Part shown: one piece after another, positions 1 through 13,848 of the stretch
Layout: every line of letters starts with the position of its first letter
Position numbering within the stretch: position 1 is the stretch's first letter
Made by a program: the position numbers and the translations under genes
Notes under the pieces: generated by a model
Told to the model about the DNA's origin: nothing
What the model saw: only the letters and a program-made list of their open reading frames with translations
Database searches by the model: none
NCBI RefSeq assembly: GCF_018350175.1
Contig: NC_058373.1
Span: 108,006,001-108,070,000 of the forward strand
Source of the DNA: Felis catus
Taxonomy: Eukaryota
Direction of reading: 5' to 3'
DNA: 64,000 nt

Positions 1-994
1 CCACTACTTCCAATGTGAATACCATGGGACCTTTTACAAATAAGAGAAAGACTCAGAAGTTTAGTTGGTTGCCCAAAGGTTTCAGACTTGGTAAAGGAAT
101 GCATCTAGTCTAGAGTCCAAAGCTCGGAAGTTCTAACCCAACAGACTAATGGAAAGGGAGGGATTTTTCTATTTGCGGGGGTAGGGGGGTGAACGGGAAC
201 TTTCATGGCTACATTGCAGCTCAATCTTCTAGTGCTGTGTGGAGCTGGTGGTCCACCCAATATGCTTTATTTCACACCGATAGAAGATCAACAAAGTATG
301 CTTCCTGTGTTTGTTTACAAAATCCATTATAGCCCAAGGACCCAGATGTCCTCTTTAGTGAGTCTGAAATCAACTCGGCAGCTTTTCTCTTCATAACCTA
401 TTCAAACCTGCTACCTGGATTCCCCTACAGTTGGCTTTAAGCCCATTCTTTTAATTCCAGGCCTACCCCATGGAACACCAATGATCATGCTATGAGATGA
501 TTTCCAGTGCTTCTTCCTCCTCCCTCTTTTATGGGAGGGGAGAGAGAAGAGTTACAGGATATTTACCTAAAACACCAGGAGTCTCCAAGTCCAGGGTTAG
601 GGCTCCCCTTCACATGTTTAATCCATTCTCCTTAATCTTCTATCCTGAGGATCACAAGGTCACCCGCCCATACTTCCTGCAATAGACTGGACACGAGCCA
701 CTTGATCAGCAGATGCTGCGTCTGCTGGGGCTGCGGCGTTCCCCCAGCTCAGCTGACAGCATGGAGGTCAAGACAAGGTCACATTTACCCTTCCCTCCGG
801 TTACCATCTTGCCTCTTGGATAAGGAATCTTGAAAAACCCTCAGGTCTTATCACCCTCCTGTCCTCATCCCCATGCCCATCTGTCCCTACTTGCCCAAGC
901 TATTCCCCACTGAAGTAGACATGTGGGCTTGAGTCTTTAAAAGGAGACTAACTACAAGCACTTGCTTTGACTACAGAAGAGGTTTTCACTTAAT

Positions 995-1215
995 AAGGAC
1001 TAACGTTTAGTTCATATTTGTTCTGTGTGAGGCCCTGTTCCAAACACTTTAAGTGCATTCACTCATTCAGTACCCCAAGTGGTAGGCACTCTCCATTGTA
1101 CAGATAGGGAAATTGAGGCACAGAGATTAAGGAACTTGTCCCAAGTCCTACAGCTAAAGCATTAATGTCAGGATTTGAACCAGGCAGTTGAACTCCAGAA
1201 TCCCTACTTTTTTAG
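995..1215. mobile_element. MIR SINE relic
   Basis: MIR core-like text 'cattgtacagatagggaaattgaggcacagagattaaggaacttgtcccaag...ggatttgaaccaggcag'. Confidence 0.7.
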
Positions 1216-1725
1216 TCAAACTGGTGAGGGTCTTATATTAAGGCCAATTTTAGTTTTCCTACTTTTTGAGGTTTTGAAAATAAATAGGGTGTAAACCAGA
1301 ATTAGCAGGGAGCACTAGATAAAATACCAGCTGGGCAGGGCAGTATTAGTCATCCTGTCTGCAGAACCATTTAGCAGCAGGGAGACTATATGATTTGCAT
1401 GTAAAGGGCCTGGAACTGCTAATCCCCCCTCACAGGGCCTGGGGCAGGCCAAAGTGATGCAATCAGGGTCTGGGCCTCCCTACTGAGGAGGAAATAGTCT
1501 GAGTCATACTGAACCTTATAAACCCCATCTGAACCCCTAGGGAACCTCTGACCCTTGGTGGGGCTTCCAGTCCTTTCCTCACCACCCTCCCCACCACCCC
1601 AGAGGCACCTCTTGTTTCAGTAACATCTCGCATCCCCGCCATGGCATCACTGGGAAGAAGGCTTGTAGAGTGGAACCTACCTTGGCAGCTGCAGAGAGCT
1701 GATAGAGCTTAGTGGCAAAGAACAT

Positions 1726-1835
<110 letters not shown>

Positions 1836-4089
1836 CCATTTATCATTTATTGATCTTAACTGGGTGTATGTTGCCTTGAAAATATGTCAGCCACACATGA
1901 TTTGGCCTTGCCCCTATCGTGGGTCAACACCATAAAACTTTGTAATCTTTATTCCCAGATTTGGTCATCCTGATTGCTTAATCGGGCTGTACTGACTTAA
2001 AATGGAAAATGCCCTTGGTGCTGAGTCAGTGGGTCCTATAACTTATTGTACATCATCTGAGGATAAGACTGAGATAACAGCCTGGGCATTTGCAGTGGAA
2101 ATGAACCCTGTGGACATATGTTCCTCTGAACGGAGTTGCAGGCTGGACACAGTGGACCAGAGTGCAGCTATGCAAGGGGTTTGCAGTCTTCCTCCCTTCC
2201 TGTGAAGTAGAACCAAAACTAAGAGTGCCACCCTCAGCTTCCTCCTGCCCCAGCTGCCCCCCATCACTTCCTCTCTCCGTCAGGTGTTTCTTCCCCTCTC
2301 CTGCCACCTTCCTCACTCACCCCAGTGAGGAAATCAATTCTGCACACTCTTCCCTCCTCTAGCATTTGATTTTTTTTTTTTTGAGTTTGACTAGTCACAG
2401 AGACAGTTTTCCAACCACCAAGACTACATGAAATTGATTCGCACATTTGAGAGCCCAGAAATGGCCTTTGCCTTGATACTTCTCCCATGTATGTCTGCAT
2501 CTTCGGCATCACCCTGTCAGCTCTTACCCTGGCACAGGCAGCCTGGGAGAGCCATCCTGCCTCCTCCCAGGGGTTAACAGTACTGACCTGAGAACGGCGT
2601 AGACCTCTGCACTGGGTTGCCATATACTGTAGGTTTTGGGGAAAATGTGTTCTTTTCCCTAGGTCTCAGTGTTCTCATTTGTGAAAAAGAATGGCACCCG
2701 CCTGCCTTGAATTATTACTGCGGAAATTAGCTGTAATAGACTATGCCAAGGACTTAACCCAGGACTGGGACATAGAACATGCTCAATCAGTATTAGCAAT
2801 TATTGGTAAGCGGTTCCAGAAGACCAAAGGAAGGTTGCATGGGAGGTCTACCACAAAATGGGCAGAATGGGACACCGGTGTTCCTCATACAGCCCATCCC
2901 CCCACCTTGACAGGGGTGCTGGGCCAGCTCCAAGTTGGAGGGGTTTTACTTTTCTAACTTATTGGCTGCAGAAATTTCTCAGGAGATTCTTAAAAACTTC
3001 CTTTAGGCTGTTTGGATTTCATCCCGCCCTGATTGGCATGCAGGATCATGCTTGAAATTGGGCAGCTCACTCTAAAAAAGAGGCTAAGGTATATCCATGG
3101 TTTTCCCTCAAGTAGCTCCTCCCTCAAACCTTTCAGGAATTCTTTTGTTCTCCCAGACTTAACCTGAAGGCACATTTAACTCCCTTCTGACCCGATAACA
3201 GAGACCATAGCCCAATACCAGTACCGGCTGGTCACGCTCTGGACACTCAACATGCCTGTGGACCAGTTCAGAGAAAAGAGGACGTGTGCTCAAGATGTTC
3301 CCTAGGTCGTGGCATCCCTTAGGGTTTGAAGCCACTAGAACCAAGGGATTTGTTTTCCTATAATAAGATAGCTGTGAAGATGATTTCTAACATAATGAGA
3401 GGCCCTGAAGTCCTGTGTATTCTTATTAGGAACTGGGCAGTACACCCCTGTCCTCATACAATACCCTTCCACACCACCCAGGGCTGCCTTTCTTATGCCA
3501 CGAAGGCAGTTCTAATGCCACAGAGGTTTTGTTCTTCTAAGGGCTTGGACCATAGCTGGAAGAATTCCAGCTAGACAGAGTGAAGATTGTGTAGGCACCG
3601 AGTATAGTCAAACATTCAAGTGGGTTGCAGAGGTTGAGACAGGACATTTCCAATTAGAAACAAGGGATAGTCTAGTAGTTGTTTGACCTGACAGTGCCGG
3701 TCATAACCTAGATGATCCCTCAAGTTCTTCTAGCCTTGTGTTCTCAAGACTAAAGGTGAACAGAAGGGTATGGTTGATCAGCCTCTACCAGTAGAAGCCA
3801 ATGCCACATTGTCCTTGCCCACACAAAACTCCATCACTCAGATTGCCTCCCTGTCCATCTCTGTGCAACTTTCGAACTCTAGCACACCCATACACCCTCT
3901 CCCAAATTCCCTTTATGTTCCTACAGATCACTTGCCCCTAAAATCACATACTAATCTCTCATACCTAATTGCCTTCTCGTACTTATTCATACATGGAAAG
4001 GAAAAACGACTTCCTAAAGATCAGCACAAGATCTAGAAGATAAGCCCCCTTCTAGAAACTGATAATAGAGCACAATGAATGAAGATTTC

Positions 4090-6190
4090 TCAGGTCTCCT
4101 TCCTTTTCTTCCTTGTGGAAAGTGATTTTCAAGATAAAAAGCTCACAAAAGTCATAGATAAAAAGACTGCCCGAGTCATTGATAAAATGAATTGTAGTCC
4201 AAGTAAATAAAGAGATTATATAAAGCATTCAGGTAAGTACAGGCAAAATTGTAGGACAGAATTATTTAAGCAGTCATTTATGAGCAGCAGGAGTACTCAT
4301 GCCCAGGACTGTACAGGGGCTCATAAAAGTAAGTCTGGAAAATCTAATCTCATTTTCTTGGATGGTTTCTAAACTAGTTGATCAGAAGCATAGGATAGGT
4401 TTCACATACTTGAGCTTCAGCAACATATGTGACAAAATCTCAGTAACCTGTGGCCAAGCTGGATTTAATGGATAATGGTAACCTCAGTATGATAATTAAT
4501 AGATTGATACTAATCTGGAATAGTGTTCTACAACCTTAGATAACCTCTACACCCTTGAGAGTAAACATGACAAATTTCACAGCTTTCTTTCATTTTATCA
4601 AATAAGCAACATCATGACAAAATACAAAAATTAAACCATGGGACAAAAAGCTACTATCAAACTCTACCTGCCTTCCAAGCAGATTCTGACACGGAGGAGC
4701 AAACTATAGCTTAGCGATCCATTTACTTATTCAACTGATATTTATTTGAGCACTGACTATATGCCAGGCATAGTCTCGTTGCTGGGAAAACTAGAGTGAA
4801 AAAGACACCCAAAGATCCTTGCATTCATGGATTGCACCAGAGAGGTTATACTGTTTGTCTGAATTAACCTACTCGGTGGGATGGGGGCCTTTGGTCTTCC
4901 TCATAATTCTATCCAGGGCACCTGGCACATTGTAGGTGCTTAAGAAATATGTGCTACTGAATGACAGAATCAGAGCTGCATATTAAACACATCTTTTTGA
5001 CTCCTACAATATTCTTTCAAAGCTTTATGCTAGAACCAATGTAAACAAGTAAATATAGCCTATACTGGAGTCTGAAAAAAATTAATTATGTCAGAACAAG
5101 ATGGAGTTAAGACTTGATGAGTAAACAATTTGAGGAAAATAATGAATTCAATATATGTATTCAACAGATTGGGATTTAATCAGATCTCTTTCCAAGTGAT
5201 GCGGATACTATACCAAGTCAAGTCAGGCCCCATCATCTTGGAGCTTACAGTCCAGTGAACATACAACAGCAGGGTACTGTGGCTACCACGAAGATAAAAA
5301 TGTAATCTTAGGCTCTAAAGGCCTAGCCATGGGGTCTCAGATGAGGGAAATGATAAGCCCCACTGAGCTCTGCCAAGATTAGACTGTGCCTAGAAAACCG
5401 GACTCAGCTCCAGACACCAGCATGGGGAGATACAAAACTCCACCATATTCAGAGGAATGCCAATTGAGTGGTGAAGGGAGCAAAAAGTATGGAACACAAT
5501 AGTGATGTCAACCGAAGGGGGGAGCCTGAGGAGAAAGGCAGGAGAATGTCCTAACTACCTTCAAATATATGAAAAACTATTGTGGTGATCATTAAGGCTA
5601 CTCTGAGTATTTCCAGCTCTCTGCCTCCTGAGTACATAACGGGAGCCTCGCTATATGGACAGGTGAGGCCACATGGACAGTCCTAGCCAAGAAGAGCAGA
5701 ATGATGTACAATATTTGCAAAGTAGAACAGTTCAGTGCTGCTGAGAGACTGTCTTTTCCTTACAGCAAATCAGACTCTTTCCTCCAGTGAATGGCTGTGT
5801 TGAGAGATGACAACTGGGCTCTGAGAGCCTGCGTCCCAAGTGATTAACACCGACAAGCCCTTAGCCAACCTTTGATGGACACTTTGCATGAGCAAGAAAT
5901 AGTTACTTTTACTATTATTTAACGTCCCCGAGATTATGGCAGTCGTTCATCACTCTAGCATAACCTGGTCTATCCTGACTGGTATCTTCCATGTGGAGAG
6001 AAACTAGCCTGGTAATTTATAGCCCCAGGGTTAGAACAAGGCTGTCAGGCTGCAACGGGGGTGACAGAATTTGTTTTAGCACAAAAATAAACTTTTTTCA
6101 CAAAGGTTCTCAAATGTGTAATCAACTTCCTTGGGAGGGAGGGAGTTTACCATCACTGGTAAGTACATCTTCAAACAGTCTACAACTGTT
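4090..6190 (+). mobile_element. Fragmented ancient CR1/L3 LINE relic interrupted by L2 and MLT1 pieces
   Basis: CR1 RT-like text near 4340-4450 ('catacttgagcttcagcaacatatgtgacaaaatctc') and CR1 3'-like text at 5330-5580 and 5990-6190; very diverged. Confidence 0.45.
5581..5985 (+). mobile_element. MLT1-type (ERVL-MaLR) solo LTR
   Basis: Starts 'tgtggtgatc' and ends 'gcataacctggtctatcctgactggta', typical of old MLT1 termini. Confidence 0.6.
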
Positions 6191-6792
6191 GATGGGATGA
6201 GGGACAGGAGGTCAGACTGGACAGAGAGGGCCCTGCCAACCTTCAAGAGACTATCATGCCACAGTTTGGAAGGGGCTTAGCAAGCACACCATAACAATGT
6301 TGTTTCCCCTGGCCCACTGGGGCAGGCTTGGAGTTGGCCTACCATAATGTTTCCACTGGCCATATGCCCAGGTTTCTGCCGTTTCACACAGTAATGAGTC
6401 TGTGCACAGCACTGGTGGGGGGTGGGGTGGCACTCAGCAAGTGTGCACAACATGCACAGCAGCTCAGCTGGCAAAGAGATGAGGCGATGGGAGAGGCTCT
6501 CTGGCTCATTAAAACAAAGAATGGTAAGTAGCCCTCTGGGACTCCTGTCTGCATCATTGGCATCTTGGAGACATTAGGAAACCTCTGAAGTTCACACTTA
6601 TTGGTTGGTCCCTCATAGTGCTTATCTGCCTTCTAGGAACAAGAGCTAAGCATCCTTCCTAACAAGGCAGAACTCTAGCATAAAGATCTGCTCTAGGGAG
6701 ACAGGTGTTAAGAGAAAGCTCTGTTTAGGAAGTTGGTGAGAAATGTGGTTCTTAGCACCAAAGACTGGGTTTAAGCACTTGCCCCATTTTCT

Positions 6793-7224
6793 AGTGGCTT
6801 GCTGGAGCTGGCTCGTACAGGCTCACAAGAACCGATTGTGCAAAACGCTTCCAAAATTAGTATTCGGTATTCACGATATACCCTAAAATTGGGCATAGTG
6901 AGAATATATATTGAACATTTTTTTTTAATTTTTTTTTTCAACGTTTATTTATTTTTGGGATAGAGAGAGACAGAGCATGAACGGGGGAGGGGCAGAGAGA
7001 GAGGGAGACACAGAATCGGAAACAGGCTCCAGGCTCTGAGCCATCAGCCCAGAGCCCGACGCGGGGCTCGAACTCCCGGACCGCGAGATCGTGACCTGGC
7101 TGAAGTCGGACGCTTAACCGACTGCGCCACCCAGGCGCCCCTATATTGAACATTTTTAAGCATTTACTAATCAAAATGTTTTAGGTGTTTGTTTTGGATT
7201 TGATAGCTTATCAGCACACCCCAG
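6793..7224. mobile_element. MER63-like hAT DNA transposon relic, split by a SINE
   Basis: 'agtggcttgctggagctggctcgtacaggctcacaagaaccgattgt' resembles the MER63 terminus; opposite end 'tcagcacacccca'. Confidence 0.5.
6923..7141 (-). mobile_element. Young Felidae Can-SINE (SINEC_Fc type)
   Basis: Reverse complement begins GGGGCGCCTGGGTGGCGCAGTCGGTTAAGCG; (CT)n and A tail; CpGs intact; perfect 16-bp TSD TATATTGAACATTTTT at 6907-6922 and 7142-7157. Confidence 0.97.
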
Positions 7225-7968
7225 GTAATAGCCTGAAAATCATGGTCTCTGAGACTAGGCTGAGCTGGGTTTATTCTGGCTTTGCTGCTACTGGCTATTG
7301 TCGTTGGGGAGAAAGTACTCAAGTTTCTGTGAACCTTAGTTTCCCTGACCGTAAAATGAGAAGAATCATCAACATTGGGCTACTAATTTCCTCAGAGGAC
7401 AGTGTGAGGGTCAAATGAGATCATATCCACAGGCCACTTGCTAAATTAAACAAAGCTCTTTCACCTCGGGGCACATGCAGACAATCACCTCCAGAGACTG
7501 AAAAAGAACACCCCCAAGTCATAACTTCTGGGTTTAACATAGAGAACCATCCCAGATTCCATTGACCAGTTTAACATCACATGACCATACCTAAAGCCAA
7601 TCACTTGCCAAGGGAAAGGACAGCCAAGCCACCGCTCCTGAGGGTGCCTGAGAGCCCAGGTGGGATTTTGGTGGCATTTTTAAAACTTCCCAGATGGTTT
7701 CAATACACAGTTAGAATACAGAACCAATGGCTTAGAGTCTAAGTCTTAGACAAATTATGACTTGGCCAAATAGGGCTAGAGAGGGATTCATTCTCCTCTG
7801 AAGGATAAGAATAGAAAACCAAATCAGGATTTTAGAGTATGGAAAGGATAAGAGAAGGAGAGTGGTTTTATCAGGTAACCAACAGGGTTGGCCCCAGTCT
7901 CCATTCCCAGCTAACAGACCTTTTGGGGGCAAAGAGCTCAGCAGACACATTGAGAAATGGTTGCTCTT

Positions 7969-8240
7969 GGGGCACCTGGGTGGGTTAGTCGGTTAAGTGT
8001 CCGACTTTGGCTCAGGTCATGATCTCACGGTTCGTGGGTTCAAGCCCCATGTCAGGCTCTGGGCTGACAGCTCAGAGCCTGGAGCCTGATTCAGATTCTG
8101 TGTCTCCCTCTCTCTCTGCCCCTCTCCCAATCATGTTCTGTCTCTCAAAAATAAATGAACATAAAAAAAAAAAAGAATACAAGAACACTAATTCAATAAG
8201 AGATATACATGCCTGTGTTTAAAAAAAAAAAGCAAGAAAA
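7969..8240 (+). mobile_element. Can-SINE with an extra 3' segment and second A-tail
   Basis: GGGGCACCTGGGTGG head at 7969; A tail to 8174; 46-nt extra segment; second A-tract; degenerate TSD GAAATGGTTGCTCTT (7954-7968) vs AAAAAGGTTGTTCTT (8241-8255). Confidence 0.9.
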
Positions 8241-9561
8241 AAAAAGGTTGTTCTTAGAGGGAAGATAAATCAACTGAAAACAAATGGTCTTGGATTAAGA
8301 TTTGAGAAAATAAGGGGTAGGAGGGAAAAGGTTAAGCTTTTACAGTTCTGGTTCAAGATGGTGACACACAGGACTCCTAAACTCCTCTCTTCCTGCAGAC
8401 ATACCAAATCTATAGCTACATACAGAACAGTTTCCTTTGAAAGAAATATAGAAACTAGTTGAGTGACTCTTACACATGGGTGAATGAAAAAAAAAAAACA
8501 CATCAAAATTGGTAGGAGAGGTGGAGACACAGTCTTGTCATAAACCTTACCCCCAGTGCTGCGTCACACAACTGGGAAGGAATTCACAACTCCAAGCTCT
8601 TCCCTGAGAAGTAAAGGGTTTAGACCTCTTATCTGATGCCCCAGCTTTTAAGATTTCCACCTGAAATATGAGCCTTCAAAACATCTGGTACTGAAAGCCA
8701 GTGGAGGTTGTGTCTATGAGATCCACAAGGCTATAGCAAGCTAAGAAACAGTTTTCAACAACATGGACTCACCATGACTATCCCTCTACCCCCAGGGCCC
8801 AGCACAGAAAAGCAGAATTAAAGTCCCCAGTTCTTCCTTAAGAGGCCTATTTGCTTATCTTAAGACCTATGGCCTGAGGCACAGCCTTCCAATGTAACAC
8901 TATCCAGGAGCTAACTGTGGTACTCTCCAGAGACTGGGAAAGCCAGCAGGTGCCATCTTTGCCCTCTGCCTCACTCCAGGTCACTATTATCTCCCAGAAG
9001 GGAGCTTGTGCTCACATTTGGCACCCCAGGTATTATAGCGGTCACTCAGGAGAGGCACCATTAGGCTGCCTGACTTTGGTGGCCAACAGGACTTACATTT
9101 GTGGGTTTCACAGGACTGTAATAAACACAGTTCTTATGGTACAGAGACAGACAGTAGAATTAGATGTCCAGTCCTTCCATAAGGGAGGCCTATCTACACA
9201 CATTAAAAGCTAAGACTTGAGGGCCAACCTTCTAATTTAATATATATCTAGAAGCTGACTACAATCTTCTCCAGAGGCCAGGGAGGCCAGCGGGTACCAT
9301 CTTTACACTGTACCTCTGCTCCTCCCCAAGGATAGCTCTAAATAAGGAGCTTCTGTATACATCTGGTACCCCACTTTTTGTAGCTCCTGCTCAAAGAATA
9401 CACCCCTGAGAGTCCGGTAGCTATCAGGGCTTATGTTCACAGGTTCAATGGGACAATAGGAAACAAATGGTTCTTAACTGACTATGCCTCCAGGGCTCAG
9501 TGCAGAGAGAACAAACACTAATCTCCAGGCTTCTCCTGAAAGAGATATATTGGCATATATA

Positions 9562-9747
9562 TTTTTTAATGTTTATTTGTTTTTGAGAGGGAGCACAAGT
9601 GGGGGAGGGGCAGAGAGCGTGAGGGACAGAGGATCTAGAGCAGACTCTGTGCTGACAGCAGGGAGCCTGATGTAGGGCTCGAACTCATGAAATGTATGAT
9701 CATGACCTGAGCTGAATGTGCAACCAATTAAGCCACCCAGGCACCCC
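9562..9747 (-). mobile_element. Can-SINE inserted in the L1 5'UTR
   Basis: Ends 'gccacccaggcacccc'; flanked by an ATATTGGC..TATTTT duplication. Confidence 0.9.
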
Positions 9748-10457
9748 AGCATATTGGCCTATTTTGAAAGTTTCTGAGGGTCCATCTTCCAATCAGCCTA
9801 CATTTAGGTGTTGACAGAGATTCACTGCCAAGTCTTGGCTCACCCTCCACTACCAGGAGCCACTAAGAACAAAGATGGCTGCTTGGATAATCACAAAGGT
9901 GAGAGAGACAACACAGGTCTAGGGCAGGATTAAATAGCAAGGTTCAACCTCCTACATGAGGCCACTCCATCAAGACTAACAGTCAAAGGTAGTTACCAAG
10001 GTCAGGAGAATAATGCATAAACAAAGGGAGAATTTCAACAAAGAAAATCTAAGAAAGGACTCAACAAATCAGAGTTGAAGAATACAATAACTGAGCTAGA
10101 AAATTCAATAAAAGGGTTCAACAGCACACTACATGAAGTAGAAAAAGATCAATAAATTCAAAGACAGGACGGAACAATTCACCCAGTGAGAGGAACAAAA
10201 CGAAAAATGAGTGATGTTAACTTTTAAGGAATTTATGTGACAACATCAAGCAGGCCAATATTTACATTATAGATATCCCAAAAGGAAAATAGAAAGGGGC
10301 AGAAAGCTTATTTAAGGAAATAATGGCTAAAAAGTTTCCTAACCTGGGAAAGGAAATGGACATCTATATGCAGGAAGGTCAGGGTTCCAAATAAGATGAA
10401 TCCAAAGAGACCCACACAAAGACACATTAAGTTGTCAAAAGTTAAAGACAAGGAGAG

Positions 10458-12015
10458 CAATCTCTATCAAAATAACACCAGCATTTTTCACAGAGCTAGA
10501 ACAAACAATCCTAAAATTTGTATGGAAGCAGAAAAGAACCTGAATAGCCAAAGCAATCTTGAAAAAGAAAACCAAAGCAGGAGGCATCACAATCCCAGAC
10601 ATCAAGCTGTATTACAAAGCTGTAATCATCAAGACAGCATGGGACTGGCACAAAAGCAGACACTCAGATCAATGGAACAGAATAGAGAACCCAGGAATGG
10701 ACCCACCAACACATGGCCAACTAATCTTTGACAAAGCAGGAAAGAATATCCAGTGGAATGAAGACAGCCTCTTTAGCAAGTGGTGCTGGGAAAACTAGAC
10801 ACCAACATTCAGAAAAATGAACCCGGACCACTTTCTTACACCATACACAAAAGTAAACTCAAAATGGGTGAAAGACCTAAATATAAGATGGGAAGCCATC
10901 AGAATCCTTGAGGAGAAAGCAGGCAAAAACCTCTTTGACCTTGGCTGCAGCAACTTCTTACTCAACACGTCTCCAGAGGCAAGGGAAACAAAAGCAAAAA
11001 TGAACTATTGGGACCTCATCAAAATAAAAAGCTTCTGCACAGCAAAGGAAACAATCAGCAAAACTAAAAAGCAACCGACAGAATGGGAGAAGATATTTGC
11101 AAACGACATATCAGATAAAGGGTTAGTATCCAAAGTCTATAAAGAACTTATCAAACTCAACACCCAAAAAAAAACAATCCAGTGAAGAAATGGGCAAAAG
11201 ACATGAATAGACACTTCTCCAAAGAAGACATCCAGATGGCCAAATGACACCAAAAAAATGCCCAACATCACTCATCATCACAATGAAATGCCATCTCACA
11301 CCTGTCAGAATGGTTAACATTAACAACTCAGGCAACAACAGATGCTGGTCAGGATGTGGAGAAAGAGGATCTCTTTTGCACTGCTGGTGGGAATGCAAAC
11401 TGGTGCAGCCACTCTGGAAAACAGTGTGAAGACTCCTCAAAAAATTAAAAATAGAATTACCCTACGACCCAGCAATTGCACTACTAGGTGTTTATCCAAG
11501 GAATACAGGTATGCTGTTTCGAAGGGGCACATGTATCCCAATGTTTATAGCAGCACTATCGACAATAGCCAAAGTATGCAAAGAGCCCAATGTCCATCGA
11601 TGAATGAAAGGATAAAGATGCGGTATATGTATACAATGGAGTATTACTCAGCAATCAAAAAGAATGATATCTTGCCATTTGCAACTATGTGGATGGAACT
11701 AGAGGGTATTATGCTAAGTGAAATTAGTGAGAGAAAGACAAATATCATATGACTTCACTCATAGGAGGACTTTAAGACACAGAACAGATGAACACAAGGG
11801 AAGGGAAGCAAAAATAATATAAAAACAGGGACGGGGACAAAACGTAAGAGACTCTTAAATATGGAGAACAAACAGAGGGTTACTGGAGGGGTTGTGGCGG
11901 GCAGCGGGGGGGGGGATGGACTAAATAGATAAGGGGCATTAAGGAATCTACTCCTGAAATCATTGTTGCACTATATGCTAACTAATTTGGACGTAAATAA
12001 ATAACAACAACAACA
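10458..12015 (+). mobile_element. 5'-truncated younger carnivore/felid L1 (ORF2 3' end plus 3'UTR) inserted in host ORF1
   Basis: ORF2 C-terminal peptides ([47 protein letters not shown]); G-rich 3'UTR; TSD TAAAGACAAGGAGAG (10443-10457) vs TAAAGAAAAGGAGAG (12022-12036). Confidence 0.92.
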
Positions 12016-13630
12016 AAGAGCTAAAGAAAAGGAGAGAACCTTAAAAGCAGCTAGAGGAAAAAAAAAAAACCTATTACATACAAGGGAACCTCAATAAGAC
12101 TATTAGCAATTTTTTTTCCAGCAGAAAAAAACTACTTTGTAGGCAAGAAGGGAGTGGCATAATACATTCAAAGTGTTGAAAGAAAAAAACCACCAACCAA
12201 GAATACCCAACAAAGTTGTCCTTAAAAATTGGAGACAAAGTTTTCCAGGTAAGGAAAAACTAAAGGATTTCATCACCACCAGACCTGTCTTACAAAAAAT
12301 GTTAAAGACACTTGCAGCTAAGCTGCAAGAAAAGGGCACTAATTTGCAATAGGAAAACATATGAAAGTATAAATATTACTGGTCAAATATATATATTCAG
12401 AATAATCTGTTGTAGTGGTAGTAGGCTAATTACTTATAAAACTAGTGTGAAATTTAAAAGACAAAAGTAGTAAAAATAACTACAATAACTTGTTAATGGA
12501 TACATAAAATAAGATGTGAATTAGGATATCAAAAACATGACGTGAGGCAGTAAAAGTGTAAAGGTTTAGAATGTGTTCAAACTTTGTTATGAATTTAAAA
12601 TTGACTGTTATAAATATGTTTCATGTAAGCCTCATGTTAATCACAAGCAGAAGCCTATGATACATAAAAGAAAAAGTTATCAAAGAATACCACTACAGAA
12701 AATCATCAAATCACAAATGAAGAGAGCAAGAAAAGGAACAAGTGAATCAAAACAATTAACAAAATGCCAAGTCCATACTGATCAATTACTTTAAATGTTA
12801 ATGGACTAAATTCTCCATTCAAAAGACATAAAGGGGATGAATAGATTAGAAAAAAACAAGACCCAACTATATGCTGCCTGCAGGACCCATTTGAGCTTTA
12901 AGGAGCCACACAGACTGAAAGTGAAGGGATGGAAAAAGATATTTCATGCAAAAGGAAATGAAAAGGAAGCAGGGGTGGTTGCACTTCTACAGATAAATTA
13001 GACTTTAAAGACACAATCTGTAATAAGAGGCAAAGACAATCATCATAGAACAAAATAAAAGGTCAATCCAGCTAGAGAATATAACATTTATAAATATTTA
13101 TGCACGTAGCATAGAAGCACCTAAATATATAAAGCAAATGTTAATCTAAAGGGGGAAAAATATAGCAATACAACTTTAGGGGCCTTCTATATCCCATTTA
13201 TATCAATAGATAGGTGATCCAGACCAAAAAAAAAAAATAATAATAGCCAATAAGGAAACATTAGCCTTAAGTGACACATTAGATGAAATGGACTTAACAG
13301 ACATATACAGAACATTCCACCCAAAGGCAAGAGAATACACACTCTTTCATGGAACATTCTCCAGAATAGAGCATATGTTAGGCCACAAAACAGATCTTAG
13401 TAAGTATCAAGCACTTTTTTTCTGACCACAATGCCATGAAACTAGAAATCAGCCCTAAGAAAAAAACTGGAAAATTTGCAAATATATGGAAATTAAGCAT
13501 GCTTCTGGACCACCAATGGGTCAAAGAAATCAAAAGATAAATTAAATAATACCTTGACACAAATGATTAACGGAAATACAACATACCAAAACTTATGCGA
13601 TGCAACAAAAGCAGTTCTAAGAGGAAATTT

Positions 13631-13848
13631 TTTTTATGTATATAGTTTTTGAAGTTCATTTATTTTGAGAGAGCAAGTGAGAGTGAATGGGGGAGGAGCA
13701 GAGCGCAAGGAAAAGAGATAACCCCCGAGCAGTCTCCATGTTGTCAGCTCAGAGCTTGATGTGGAGCTTGATCCCAGGACCCTGGGACCATGACAGGAGC
13801 CAATATCAAGAGTCGGACACTTAACCAACTGAGCCACCCAGGCATGCC
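13631..13848 (-). mobile_element. Can-SINE inserted in host L1 ORF2
   Basis: TSD TCTAAGAGGAAATTT (13616-13630) vs TCTAAGAGGGAATTT (13849-13863). Confidence 0.9.

Noticed and set aside
6938..7174. tRNA-like A/B-box sequences and recurring SINE-derived ORFs (GAPGWRSRLSVRLQPG..., WVAQSVKR...)
   Set aside because: These are Can-SINE heads, not tRNA genes or coding sequence
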